Below are positions 35,201 to 47,860 of a DNA stretch of 64,000 nucleotides, one piece after another. Source of the DNA: Schmidtea polychroa. Taxonomy: Eukaryota. Positions within the stretch are counted from its first letter, which is position 1. Each line of letters begins with the position of its first letter. The notes under the pieces are model-generated. The model saw only the letters and a program-made list of their open reading frames with translations, had not been told where the DNA came from and ran no database searches. The stretch is taken from positions 45,136,001 to 45,200,000 of the forward strand of contig CM097885.1 in assembly GCA_044892525.1 (NCBI GenBank). Direction: 5' to 3'. The translations under genes were made by a program, and so were the position numbers.

Positions 35201-36441
35201 AATATTTCAACTATTCAGAATATCAACACTCAATATATTTTAGGATAAAAATAAAATTTAATAATTTACAAATTTGTTAATAACAATTTCACTCCAGAGT
35301 TTACCGATAGTAGGTCGCAGCTAATTTAAAAAAAAGTACAGATTAATTTTTTATTTTCTATGATAAATGATATATAAAAATAAGCGAAACACTTAACGTG
35401 TTACAGGGATTAGATTAGAAAAGCTGATATAATTGTAATTAAAATAATCATCTTTGTTATAATACATAAATAATATAAATTACTTTAAAATATTATAAAT
35501 ATGGTTTTCATAATAAATTATATTAATAAAAATAAATAATGTAGCATATTGTTAATAATGTTATTATAAATTTTAGTTTAAAAATTTACATTTGCTTTTG
35601 ATTTTAGGAATCAAGACTTCAATTTCGATTACAAAAAATTGATTTATACAAAAATGAATTCAGTAGCTCTAATTTTCTTCAATTTAACTTAGAAAAACAA
35701 CATAGAATTGTGGATGTTAGTTATATATTGAGTAAAATTTTTATTTGATTTATATAGGATATTTTGTTTCAAGGTAAGTGATTGAATAATACATTTTATT
35801 ACTTTGTCACTAAAGAAAATGAAAATCTCATTAAATCTAAAGAAAACCTATTAAATCAGCAGCATAAATTGAAAGACACTGATTTAAAGTTGCATCATAC
35901 TTTGCATGAAATTTTGAAAATTGATAATGGTATTCTATTCTATTTATTTATGCATATTAAATAATAATTAAATAGAAATTATTCTAAATAAAAATGCTTT
36001 AACAAATCAAACGGGCTTGCAGAAATTTATTGAATTGAATGATAAATTGACGAAGTTAGAAATTGTTATAGATGTTTGTAAAATTTAAATATTGCTAACG
36101 TCTGGTTTACTATAATGTATGTAACTGTAATCCTATATGCTTTTACCATTTACTTCACTGACTAAAATAGTTTGTGAAACGCACTTAAAGACTGTTATTA
36201 TAAAGACTGATGTAATACGGAGCACAGTATTAACATAACAGTATAAACATAACAACGGCTTTAGGATGTTTTGTTGGTTGTTCATTGTGTTATATAAATA
36301 ATGGAAAGAAGAATATTATTAACGTTGCTGAGTTCTATGAGGATATTATTTAAAAACCAAACAATAGGCAGAGGTGGCTGAATTAAACGCTAAGGGAGAT
36401 AAATAACCAATACCAATGATGATGACAAGAAGAGTAATTAC

Positions 36442-39188
36442 CAACGTTCCCTCTAATTTTTAAAATTGGTGTGTGTGTGCTAACTGCAATGTGGGCAAGT
36501 ATATTAAATTAAAAAAAAATTGGGCAAAATTTCAAAAAAAAATTTTTTTTTTCATTTTATTTTTGTAATATGTAAATAATAAAAAAATTTTACACGTTGC
36601 ATTATATTACATTCAAGCAAGTATTACTAATTTAATAAAAAGTTATAAATAGAAAACAAAAACAATATACCTATATTATATTCAAAAGGTAAAATAACTA
36701 TTAAAAATAAAAAATTATAAAATCAAAATTTAATGTTTTTCACGTCTGTCCTTATTAACAACCCAATGTTCATAAATACTGTCTAAATTAATATTGCCTC
36801 CTGATGTGATAAACGTTTTTATTCGCATCAAGTTATCTAAATTATTAATCTTTAATCTGTTTCGTGATTTTGATTTTATAGCATTCATCAAGCTAAAACC
36901 ACGTTCACAATCTGCACTGGATGACTGAAATGTAGCACAGATATCTAGAAGCACTGTCAATTCTTTAAATTGTGAATCTGCATTAGCCAGCTTAACTAAA
37001 TCAAAAAAATTAGCTACGGAATTACTTTTCATCTTTTCAATTATTAAAAACTTAAAATCGTTATATTGTTTTGAAATTGATGTTCCAATTTGTTCGTCAT
37101 ATCCGGGAATTATATTTTTATATTTTTTAACCAGCTTTTCTATACAATCTTGACCAAAGTTAAAATCTTTTGAATTTATTATAGCATTATGATCAAATGC
37201 ATGCCAATCCATTACGTCTTCTTCTGGAAACCTATTCTTTAAATGTATACATAGCAATTCGATAAATCGTAAAATTGCTGAAGTGTCGATACCAGGATTT
37301 TTACCAATTAGATCTTTTATATCATTATTCCAATGAACTATTTCGCCTAAATATTGGTTTTCGATTTTGTTGATCCTTGCTTTAGCAAATTGCATTGCAT
37401 CCATTATTGTCAACAAACTCCTCTGAAATATTTTACAAAGAGATGACAACTCTTCAAGAACGTCATTTAAAACCATTAATGAAAGGCGATATTTTGGATC
37501 GTTAAGAAGTTTTAAGCAATATTTGCATATTGGATCATTACATTTCTCCACTTCCTCAGTGCAGTATTCTATCAATAGATCGTACTTACGAATAAATGCT
37601 CTTACTGCAAAATGTCTTGACAGCCATCTAACTTCCTTTAATGGACGAAATGCTAATACATCACATTCAGTTACGCTTGCCAATTCTTCAAAGCTTGCTT
37701 TCTTTACGGTTGATCTACTAAACATGGTAAATACTGTCTTTAATAATGTTTCAATATCACACATTATTGGTACTTTTTCCAAGCATCATCAATTCCTAAA
37801 TCTTCCTTGTGTGCTACACAATGCTGCTGCGATAAATGAGGGATTCTGTTCCGTAACAATGCAGCCACACCATTATTCTTACCAAGCATTACAGAAGCAC
37901 CGTCTGATGTAAACATTACCATATTATGCATATTGATATTATTTTTTATATAAAATTCATAAATAGCTTCAAATATGAAGGAACTAGTACATCCAGTCAA
38001 TTTTAAAATTCCTGCAAATACGGTTTTATGGTCAGAAGAAGTTTTTGGCCGGTATTTTATGTATAAAATTAAAGTTTTGTGTGTAGATATATCAGTACTT
38101 TCATCAACAATTAAACAATGAAATAACGATTCTCTTAGTTCCTCAAGAAACTGTTTTTGTATTACAAAAAGTAATGCATTGAACAAATTCGAATGCATAA
38201 TTCTTGCTGCGCCAACTTTTGGGAATAGATATATATTTTTCCATATACTCATGAATTTCCTGTACTGATGACATCGAAGTGTTAATTTTTATTGCAAGAA
38301 TAACGTTGTCTATCAAAATTTTGGTATCGTTTTTATTAGATTTTTTACGTTCTATCAAATCTGCACGTATCTGTCGTTCTTCTGTAGAGGAAGTTAACAT
38401 TTCAACAATTCCACCTTTTTTGCAATTACGTAATTTTATTACCGAATCTAAATGTACTTTTTGGCTTAAATGCCTCTTTGAGTAGTACAACTTCCAATTC
38501 GCCCAGTTTTTGCCATTTTTAAACTCACTTTCAGTTTTTGCTTCGGTACATATTTTGCAAAGTACATCATTGGTTTCAATTTGATAATTAAAAATATCAC
38601 CTAATTTAATTTTTTCTTTTATAGTTGACGATGAGACGCATGTTTCAACAATTTCATTTAACCATTCTTTTTTGAATTTTGAAGATGTCTTGATTGTGGA
38701 TTTTAAGCTTTCATCGAATTTTCGTTTTGACATACTAAATGTATAAAAAATAAAGGGATTGCATTTTAAAATAATTTTTGAAATAAATATCACAGCCTTC
38801 TCAACATTAAAATAAATAATCAAAATCATAGTGCAAAATTTAATTTACTGTAGATTACTTACTTATTTATTATTTTTCTATCATGTCGTGGTGTTATCTG
38901 TTAGTTAATTTTAAATTTCACATCCACATTTATTGAATTCAAAAAAGTGAACATTGACATTTAATTTCAATGTTGCCAATTGAGACATACTAAAACAAAT
39001 AACCCAGAATTTAGTGTGGAAATCTATACGAAATTTTCAACTGGGTGCGTTTACGCAATGAAAATGGTGACAAATAAAAAAAATTATTGTTTGCAATAAT
39101 TTCTAGTGGGCGGATAGAAATGCTGAGTGGGCAAATGTCAATTTTTAACTGGGCGGCCGCCCGTTTGCCCAGCTTAGAGGGAACGTTG
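36442..39188 (-). mobile_element. Full-length hAT transposon (2747 bp) with a twice-frameshifted transposase (ZNF862-like)
   Basis: TIRs CAACGTTCCCTCTAA / TTAGAGGGAACGTTG with 8-bp TSD GTAATTAC (36434-36441, 39189-39196). Overlapping ORFs 38143-38829, 37764-38252 (VDESTD, SDGASVM, HCVAHK) and 36730-37782 (RWLSR, SSADCERGFSLMN). Confidence 0.95.
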
Positions 39189-39936
39189 GTAATTACATTT
39201 AATATCTTTTATAATCCCATTAATAATAATGATAGTAATACCACGTAATAAAATTCTGACTAATAATTAGTATAACAATGGCCATTAAGATAATAACCAT
39301 AGAGATAAAATTAAAAAAAATAATGTTAATAATAATAGTGATGCTTATAATAATGGGGAATAATAATGATAATGATAAACAACCTTATTAGTATTCATAA
39401 TAATAATAAAAATCCTGGTGCTAATAATGGTAACAATAATAGGGATAATAATAACCGTCACCATAATTAAATGTTAATATAAGCCCTTTGCTGTGAAAAT
39501 CCAACACTTTTTGTCATCATTATTACAAGATGTTACCCGTCAAAAATAATGTAGCAATTTTTTAGTTTCGATATATTTAATCTATATTTAATTGTATTCA
39601 AAACATATAATTGAAAAACTTTTTAATGACAATAATTTTAGTAAATGTTTTCGAGTTATTAAGTAATTGGCCCTGATATAATATAGTTTTTTAATATTTA
39701 TCTACTTATAATTATAGAGTAGTATAAAAATTATTTATCGGACAGACNNNNNNNNNNNNNNNNNNNNNNNNNNNNNNNNNNNNNNNNNNNNNNNNNNNNN
39801 NNNNNNNNNNNNNNNNNNNNNNNNNNNNNNNNNNNNNNNNNNNNNNNNNNNNNNNNNNNNNNNNNNNNNNNNNNNNNNNNNNNNNNNNNNNNNNNNNNNN
39901 NNNNNTAAGCCTTTTGCTGCAAATAATGTATTTAAT

Positions 39937-39975
39937 GAAAGAATTTTCGACTATACGATAGTCCTTGTCAATCTC
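39937..39975 (-). ncRNA. Minimal type I hammerhead ribozyme, U3-A8 variant, sense to the PLE
   Basis: GAGA-UUGACAA-G-GACUAU(CGU)AUAGUC-GAA-AAUU-C-UUUC. Confidence 0.75.
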
Positions 39976-40380
39976 CTGGAATTTAGCAATGTTCTTCTTC
40001 AAAATACCCTTCAATCTTTCTTTTATTTCCTTTCTCTTAATTCTCATTGGTTGTAAATATAATGAATTGTTTTACTAAAAACTTTTAAAATTTTTTTATA
40101 ATTTTTACATTTAAAATTTCAAAATGACACAAACTAAAATTTTTAAATTTTTTACAGCTTCTATAATTAGCTTCTAGAAGCCTAATAAAATATTTGAAAA
40201 TATTTTAAATAAAGCCTCCAATAACTACTTATATATGCTATTTAAATATTTCAATAAATGTGTCAATTTTGATTTTCAAACCCTATTTTTTAAAATTTTT
40301 TTCTATATTATTCTAATTATTACTTTTTAATTTATTCTTATTTTTTTAATTTCTTTGTATATTGTCAGTTATTCTCAAAG

Positions 40381-42951
40381 TCAATGACAACAGATCAAAT
40401 TCATGATTTCATTGATTTCTTCTTTAGTGTTGATCTTTGGCTGTCTGTTTATTATGAGAATTGCTTCTTTGATTCTGACATTTTTCTTTTGGATGTTTCC
40501 ATTAGCTATGATTTCTATTGAAATATTTTTTCTTTCCTCTGTTGGCTGACACTGCCGGAGATGTCTGCCCAACGAGGATGTTCCACCAGGATCTAGATGT
40601 TCTTTAACTCTTTGGTGCAATGTCCTGAGGGTACTTCCAATGTAGATTTCATTGCATACATTGCACGTGATGCAATAGACGATGTTTTTTCTAAAGCACC
40701 TATCTTTCGGTGTCTGGCAGTTTTTCATTGTGCAATTGTTTTCTCTATTTATGTTGCCTGCCAGAGCCCTTCTCAATGTCCAAGATTTATGTGCTATCCG
40801 AATTGGAAGACCGGTACGTTTAAGTTCTTTCAGGATCTTGAAGTCGAGTATGTCACTGATGAATGGGATATTCAGATAGAAATATTTCTGATTCTTTTGT
40901 GTTAATTCCCTAGATCTTCTTGGGGTAGAATTCATTTTTTCAATGTCCTCACCTTGGTATCCGTTTCGGTGTAGGATTTTATTGAAATTTGATTGCTCTT
41001 TAAAGTTTTCGTTTTTCTCCGTGCATCGATTGGCTATTCTTCGTTTCTCGTTTCTTATGACATTTACTTTCTGTAAGTATGGAAGCGCTGATCTTTGGTG
41101 CATAAATATTTCTTTGCGAGCTGGTTTTCTGTAGAACCCGTATGTTGGAGTATTTTCTTCTATTTTGATTCTCAAATCCAATAAATTGAGGGATCCATCT
41201 TCTTCCGGATATTCGATTTCGAACTTAATATCTTGATGAGCCGCATTGAATGAATGAAATATTTCCTCCGCTTCTTTTCTGTTTTTGGTCAAGATGAAGA
41301 TATCATCTACATATCTTGCATAGAAACCGATGGGTTGTATGGTCCTCAGTGTCTGTCGTTCGAGGTTATCCATAAAGATGATTGCTAGCAGTCCTGATAT
41401 GCTAGAACCCATAGGCAGACCTTTAACTTGTTTATAGATATTTTGTTCAAAGGTAAAATAGGTGTTCTCGAGGATAACAGTAAGTAGTTTGGTGATATTC
41501 TCGGTATTCATTTCCTTTATTAACAAGTTGCTTTCTCTTAATTTCTTTTCTAAACATTGAATAGCCTCTGTTGGTTCGATAGATGTGTATAGTGATACGA
41601 CATCAAGACTAAATGGGTATTGGAATTCTCTATGACAAGTCATGTTATTATTTAGTCTTGTCATGAGGCAGTCGCTGCTTTGAAGATGGTGTGGTATCGT
41701 GTCCAATAAAGGTTTCAAGATCTTTGCAAGGAGCCAACTTGTTTTAGTTGTTGGTCCATTTTTGTTGGACACTATAGGTCTAATTTTGATACCAGGACCC
41801 TCTTTGTGAGTTTTAATTAGGTGGTAGAAGTTAGGAAGATCAGAATTTTTTGTGACGAAGCTGTTGGTTATTCTGTTGTTGAGCCTCATTTCCAAAGCTA
41901 TGGCTTTCCATACTTTGTTGATCTTCATTTCGATGGTGTTTGGTGACATGCGGCTGACTTTCTTGTATGTTTCGATGTTGCCGAGGTGTTCGTAACCAGC
42001 TTCACAGTAACGATTCTTCTCTATAATGCAAAATTCTCCCCCCTTGTCACTTGGTAAGTAAACGTACGGTTTCTTTTTAAGGGATTTTAATATTGCCTGT
42101 TCGTCTTTCGTTAGGTTTGAGAGATATGGTTTTCTTCTTTCCTTCTCAACTAACTCCATGATTTTGTGACAGACCTTTGAGAGTGTTGAATCTAATTCTG
42201 CATCAGGATTTGGTTGATAGAGTTTATCTGTGTTTATGTATACTGGGAGCTGGTTTTCGCTATTTTCATTTTCATGCGGTATTGTATTGTTCCATTTGAT
42301 CTGGTACGCAATGCGACAAAGAGCTGTTTTGAAATTGAGGATGGCTGCTTCATCTATTTCTCTGTTTATACTGAACTTTGGTCCTAGTGAAAGTAATCCT
42401 TTTTCACCTTTGGATAGACAATTTGTGAGGTCGGTTACTAGTTCTTTGTTCACTGTAATGCTTTCGTTTCCGTCCAGTGTTTCATTGTTCTTAACAAGGC
42501 CTGCTTTGAGCTCCTTTTTTCTCAAAAGGTGTTTGATTCTTTTGTCAAATCGCAAGGAATAATGTACTTCTGCTGTCATGAAGGATTGTCTTTGTACCTC
42601 GTAGATCAATTCTTTTGGGTGGTTATTCAAATACGTTTTCAAAATGTTTTCTTGATTCTTTTGTTCCCGATGAGTTTCTCCGTACATACTTCTAATTAAA
42701 TTTGTTAAAATATAATCTTTGATGTTTTTATTTCTCTTGATGTTTTGATCTTTGTTGAGAATCTGAGGTAAGTGGATGTTATCAATTGTTGTTGGAAAGA
42801 TCTTTATTTCCTTACATCGGCGAAGGAAATTTATTTGGCAGTATAATTTCGCAATTTTCTCGTTGATTCTAGCTAAATTCCGTATTTCCAAGTATTTTGC
42901 CCGGCTCAGGCCTTTTGAAAGTATAAAATGATGATTGCTTGGTAGCAGCAT
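40381..42951 (-). CDS. Penelope-like reverse transcriptase with GIY-YIG endonuclease, 856 aa, uninterrupted
   Basis: PSDKGG, KIRPIVS, SLDVVSLYTSI, GLPMGSSISGLLA and YARYVDDIF motifs; C-terminal NIVYCITCNVCNEIYIGSTLRTLHQRVKEH. Confidence 0.96.
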   Translation of the reverse strand: MLLPSNHHFILSKGLSRAKYLEIRNLARINEKIAKLYCQINFLRRCKEIKIFPTTIDNIHLPQILNKDQNIKRNKNIKDYILTNLIRSMYGETHREQKNQENILKTYLNNHPKELIYEVQRQSFMTAEVHYSLRFDKRIKHLLRKKELKAGLVKNNETLDGNESITVNKELVTDLTNCLSKGEKGLLSLGPKFSINREIDEAAILNFKTALCRIAYQIKWNNTIPHENENSENQLPVYINTDKLYQPNPDAELDSTLSKVCHKIMELVEKERRKPYLSNLTKDEQAILKSLKKKPYVYLPSDKGGEFCIIEKNRYCEAGYEHLGNIETYKKVSRMSPNTIEMKINKVWKAIALEMRLNNRITNSFVTKNSDLPNFYHLIKTHKEGPGIKIRPIVSNKNGPTTKTSWLLAKILKPLLDTIPHHLQSSDCLMTRLNNNMTCHREFQYPFSLDVVSLYTSIEPTEAIQCLEKKLRESNLLIKEMNTENITKLLTVILENTYFTFEQNIYKQVKGLPMGSSISGLLAIIFMDNLERQTLRTIQPIGFYARYVDDIFILTKNRKEAEEIFHSFNAAHQDIKFEIEYPEEDGSLNLLDLRIKIEENTPTYGFYRKPARKEIFMHQRSALPYLQKVNVIRNEKRRIANRCTEKNENFKEQSNFNKILHRNGYQGEDIEKMNSTPRRSRELTQKNQKYFYLNIPFISDILDFKILKELKRTGLPIRIAHKSWTLRRALAGNINRENNCTMKNCQTPKDRCFRKNIVYCITCNVCNEIYIGSTLRTLHQRVKEHLDPGGTSSLGRHLRQCQPTEERKNISIEIIANGNIQKKNVRIKEAILIINRQPKINTKEEINEIMNLICCH

Positions 42952-43209
42952 TTATTATTTAAAACAATAAAATGATAATTTAAGCCTTTTGCTGCAAATA
43001 ATGCTTCTAGAAGCTAATTATAGAAGCTGTAAAAAATTTAAAAATTTTAGTTTGTGTCATTTTGAAATTTTAAATGTAAAAATTATAAAAAAAATTTTAA
43101 AAGTTTTTAGTAAAACAATTCATTATATTTACAACCAATGAGAATTAAGAGAAAGGAAATAAAAGAAAGATTGAAGGGTATTTTGAAGAAGAACATTGCT
43201 AAATTCCAG

Positions 43210-43248
43210 GAGATTGACAAGGACTATCGTATAGTCGAAAATTCTTTC
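43210..43248 (+). ncRNA. Second, identical hammerhead copy in the inverted pLTR
   Basis: Same sequence as 39937-39975 on the opposite strand. Confidence 0.75.
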
Positions 43249-43287
43249 ATTAAATACATTATTTGCAGCAAAAGGCTTAAATTATCA

Positions 43288-43336
<49 letters not shown>

Positions 43337-44099
43337 AAATATTAATATTTAATTTTTTAATTTGTATTTTCTCTTCATATTAAATTTAAAATATTAATTT
43401 TGTTACCCTCCTTAATATTTAATGTGCTTATGTCTAGAAATCAGTCCACTATACGTGATAAAATGGAGCAATTTAAGTCGAAATTGTAGTGAAGACTCAA
43501 AATTTATTTTATTTTATTTTGTTATTTGTTATTTATTACATTTATAAGTTTAGTCTCATTAAACTATTAGTACAAGTTAATTTTTAAATTGTATATATAA
43601 ATTTTAAAAATTTGTTTTGTTTAATCCTTATTATATATTTTTCATGGTTTAATTAATCACATTTTCATTTTTTCAATCCATCCTTTAATATTGGGTTTAT
43701 CGTTTATTAGTGACTTTTCCACTTGTGTCAAATCTAGTCCACCTCCCATTTCCTCCTTTTATTAATTAAAATATTAAAAAATTATAATAGCAAAAACCCT
43801 GAACCAAAAAATGCCTTTCTATGGTCAGTTTCATATTAACATATTAACAAAGCACGTCAGTTTCTATGATGTTCATATCCGATTCCGAATGATCGTTAAC
43901 AGTGTTCGTTGTGAATCCCAATTTAAACAAATTCATGTTAACTAATTCTTTTTCTTTTCAACCTTTCGCTTACGTTTGAGCGCTCCACTTAGATAAACAC
44001 ATTTGTCTGACATTTTGTATTTCCGATTGATTGTTAAATATTTTTAAATATTAATCTGATTTATTTATTTAATTAATATTTTCTCTTGCTAATAACCAC

Positions 44100-44350
44100 T
44101 GATGATGCTGTCATGATGTTTTTATTTTTTTTTACATTTTCGGGGCCTGGCTCAGGGGGGCACAATGGATAATCCGATCCTGAATGCAACGTAAAATCAA
44201 TTGATTTCGAACTGCAGGGAATTAGAGACTTGAGAGAACGCGAATTGAAACTACTTATTATGAAAGTTGTGCAGGCTTCTCGTAAATTTTTATCAGATAT
44301 TTGTTCGCGCTGGTCCTGCAATATTTGGTTAACTCGAATTATTTGATTCT
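44100..44350 (-). other. Possible host exon, unidentified
   Basis: About 75 open codons (SENQIIRVNQILQDQREQ...PLCPPEPGPEN) between an acceptor-like ACAG and a donor-like GTAAAA; GC-richer than the flanks. Confidence 0.3.
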
Positions 44351-45357
44351 CCGACCCCTGTCATCCAACATAACCACATATACTTATTGTCTTTTAATTA
44401 CGTGTTCATTAAAAAATGCACATTGTCTAATGTTTATCTATATCTCCTGAATTAATTATATGAAGTCCCTGTAGATACTAATTATATTTAGTTATATTCG
44501 TTTATCAAATGTGGAGTTTTCCTATTAAATACCTATATTCATTGTATATTAGATACATGAGTAGGTAGAAGTGAGCTCACGATGACTCATCGTTAAGGTT
44601 AATTGAAGGACATAGAAAATTTTAAGGTCAACCCCAACCCCTACCTTTTACTTTTGAGGTCATAGAAAATTTTAAGGTCAACACCATATCGAACAATTTA
44701 AGGTCAAATTTTAAAAAATTTTCTTTAGTCCATTTAATGAATTACTTTTTCGAAAATTTTTCAAAGTCAAAACACATTTTGATACTACGTTTGGATTGCA
44801 AATGTCTTTGTTACTCATACAATTGTATTGCATGTCTTTGTATTACACACCTTAAGGATCGAAAAATATTTCTAAACGAGATCTAAATTGATTTTGTGTG
44901 AACATGTGTAAAGGGCAATAAATAATGGCAAAATCAAAATTTTTTTAAGAAAATACATGTAATTTTGGGCTGATAATCTATGTGTCTGTATATGAAAACA
45001 TTGATAACGGGCAATAAATAACTCACACACAAGTTATATATCATTCGGTATTCTACTAATAAATATATATAAATATATAAAATACCAAATTGAATCGAAT
45101 CAAAATAAGGGCAAAATCAAAAATTGTAAAATAAATCGTCATTATCAGACATTTTAAAAATGTATTTCTATTTTACCTATTTATTTTTTTTTAAAAAATG
45201 TGTAATTATGATTTTTATAGTTAATTAAAGCACATATTTACTTCATTTTCGCAAAATAATTTTAAAATACCGCAACATAATATATTTTCTATCTTGATTT
45301 TAATTGGCTGGAAAATAAAGTATGCTTTTCATTAAAAACATTTTCATTTTACTTTAG

Positions 45358-45643
45358 AAAATAATGAACACGGTCTCGATTACGAAAATGGTATTTTCAT
45401 TACTTTTTCATTTATTTTAATATATATTTATTTTCTAGATAACAATTGTGTTATAATTGAGGAATATGTTGCTAAAGATTATGGACGAAAAAGTAAAATA
45501 TTAATTCATGTTTTATTCTTAAATGTCTTTTCCAGGAAATATTAATGTTGATGTTAATGAGGATGCAGTTTATGTTGATGATTCTGCTGCTTATGTTGAT
45601 TATGCTACTGGAGCTATTGGATATTCTGTAAAGAAGATTAAAT
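45358..45643 (+). CDS. Three small symmetric (phase 1-1) exons of an unidentified gene
   Basis: Exons 45358-45390 (33 nt), 45439-45492 (54 nt) and 45536-45643 (108 nt), with GT-AG introns of 48 and 43 nt, splice into one open frame: ENNEHGLDYENDNNCVIIEEYVAKDYGRKRNINVDVNEDAVYVDDSAAYVDYATGAIGYSVKKIK. Confidence 0.55.
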
Positions 45644-46470
45644 GTATGTATTATATTCTATTTTTATTTTTTATTTAAAATAGTAATCACATTAAAACTA
45701 ATATTTTCAAATTATGAAATTTGAATTTTAAATCAAATAATTATTTTTAATAAAAATAACTTTCAAGTGTCAAAATAATATTTATGTCTTAAAAAGGGCG
45801 AGAAGTTCAATGTCAAATTAATCAAAACTATATTAATCATTCAAAATTTTAAACTATTTTTATATGATTTTATATAAACGGCTTTTAAGATTTATTGCTT
45901 AAAATAATTATTTAAATATATTATTTTCTTAAATAATGTTTTATAATATTATATATATCTAAATAAGTATATTTTGATTTGTTAAAATTATATATTAAGA
46001 TGTCTATAATATATGTATTTAATTCACAACAATTATTAGATGATTAATATTTTAATCATAATTATAAATTATTTACCTTGAACATAAAAATAATACATAC
46101 ATATAACATATTCCTTAATTATAACACAATCGATTCACAAAGGCATGATAAATTAAGAATAATGATATTATGTAGAGTAGTTATATAAATCCATTAAATT
46201 ATATGTTTATTGTTAAATATGTTTTGAAAATTAAAGCAATTATAAATATTAAAGGTAATTTATACAAACAATATTAGTAGGGTAACACGTGGACCCGGGA
46301 ACGAAGACATATGACGTCATTGGTGACGTAACAAATACATATGTTATACCCCATCCCCTGGGAGGGGTATTTTTAAGGGGAACAACCATATATGAGTCAT
46401 CATATTTCCAAAGGTCAACGTCGATTTGAGGACAGTTTAAAGTCTATCCTCGATCATCTACCATCGACCA

Positions 46471-46502
<32 letters not shown>

Positions 46503-46796
46503 TAATATTATACTTTAAATAATGTTTTCTGAAATATACATTCAAACTAAAATTTATTAACACATTCAACATATATAAACTTTTTTAGTTTTAATTTATT
46601 TCGCAATTTTTGCACAATCATAATTGGTGACCCTGAAGAGGGCCGATTTTTCGTTCTCATTTTTTTTTAAAAATCAATATTCGCCATCATCATCTAAAAT
46701 AATCATGAACATCTGCTGGATCATGGAAATTATACGGATCTTCTTCTGCCGGCCTGTAGGAGTCTGCCATCGGGGCATCTTCTGTTGGATCTATGA

Positions 46797-47860
46797 CTAT
46801 ATCGGTGTCACCTCCCTATAATGGCCATATACCAAACTTTGATTTTTATCCACCCAATTCCGCTTATCATCTCTACACGTATTATTTTTAATACTAAAAA
46901 GTTGGTGATTCTTCGATGTTATTCTAAACTGAGGGACTATGTATATTTCATCGTTTAAATAATCTAGATACGACTGATGTGTTAATCCAGTATCTTTCAT
47001 ACTAATCCCCTTGGCCTTCATACTTTCCTCATCACCCATTAAACTGTAACATTTAGGTCTCAAGAACACCCAATCTTTATATAATAGTCCTTTATCCTCG
47101 TCTTTGAATTTACAAATGACAGAATCAATGTTCCTAATATATAAAGGATGATTTGGGTCATAATTCGAAGTATCTAATAATTGATCCCTAATCATCGCAG
47201 GTAAAAAATGTCAAGACTACAATGCCTAATTTCCAAGGAGGAATCAGTGTCCCCAGCAACGATATTAATTTCGCAGTTGAATTCGTCGCGATATTTTTGC
47301 AACTCTTCATACTGCAGCTGGTACATCCTAAGTTTGGATAAATCTAGTACAGTTTGACCAATGTAACTAGGTCTATCCAAACACACTGTGTCCTTCCTCA
47401 ATAAAACCGAAATCAAGTCATCGATTTTCGTGGATTTACGAAAAGTCGGTTTCGAACATAATGTTAATAATTTCTGTGCAGAATTACACAGACGTAAATT
47501 AATACGTTTTTTAAGATTTTCAACAGTCTTGCCGTAAAGCCTGTTGTTTAATAATTTATAAAAGTTTTTGTCAAGTTTATTTGTCGACGCTGCTCGTAAC
47601 GCCGTATTTGTGTTAATATAATTTTGAATATTTTATCTTGCTTAAATTTAATTGCTCTATGTATTTTTGATATTTTAACACCTAATTTAATAAATATTTG
47701 CAGAAGCCTCCGATGAAGAACATAGTTCCTCTTGGCGCTGTGTGTAAGCAACAGCTTCTCAATTTTCGAAAAGAGGGTACACACCTTTTCAGCGGCAACG
47801 GGAATATCATCCAGTTTATCGTGAATTGACGTCAGTATATCTAAATCCACTTCTATGGTA
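46797..47860 (-). mobile_element. Polinton/Maverick protein-primed DNA polymerase B, C-terminal fragments (frameshifted)
   Basis: GYTIEVDL, FYKLLNNRLYGKTVEN, RPSYIGQTVLDLSKLRMY, IVAGDTDS, LRPKCYS...KAKGIS and DDKR motifs. Confidence 0.88.

Larger units (their letters stand above)
39906..43290 (-). mobile_element. Penelope-like element with 3' pLTR and an inverted pLTR copy at the 5' end
   Basis: Segment 39906-40220 recurs inverted at about 43003-43280 and flanks a single RT-GIY-YIG ORF. Confidence 0.92.

Noticed and set aside
39712-40047. ORFs spanning N gaps (also 51074-51459 and 56016-56298) and the ORF at 43138-43335
   Set aside because: Artefacts of Ns, pLTR sequence or microsatellites.
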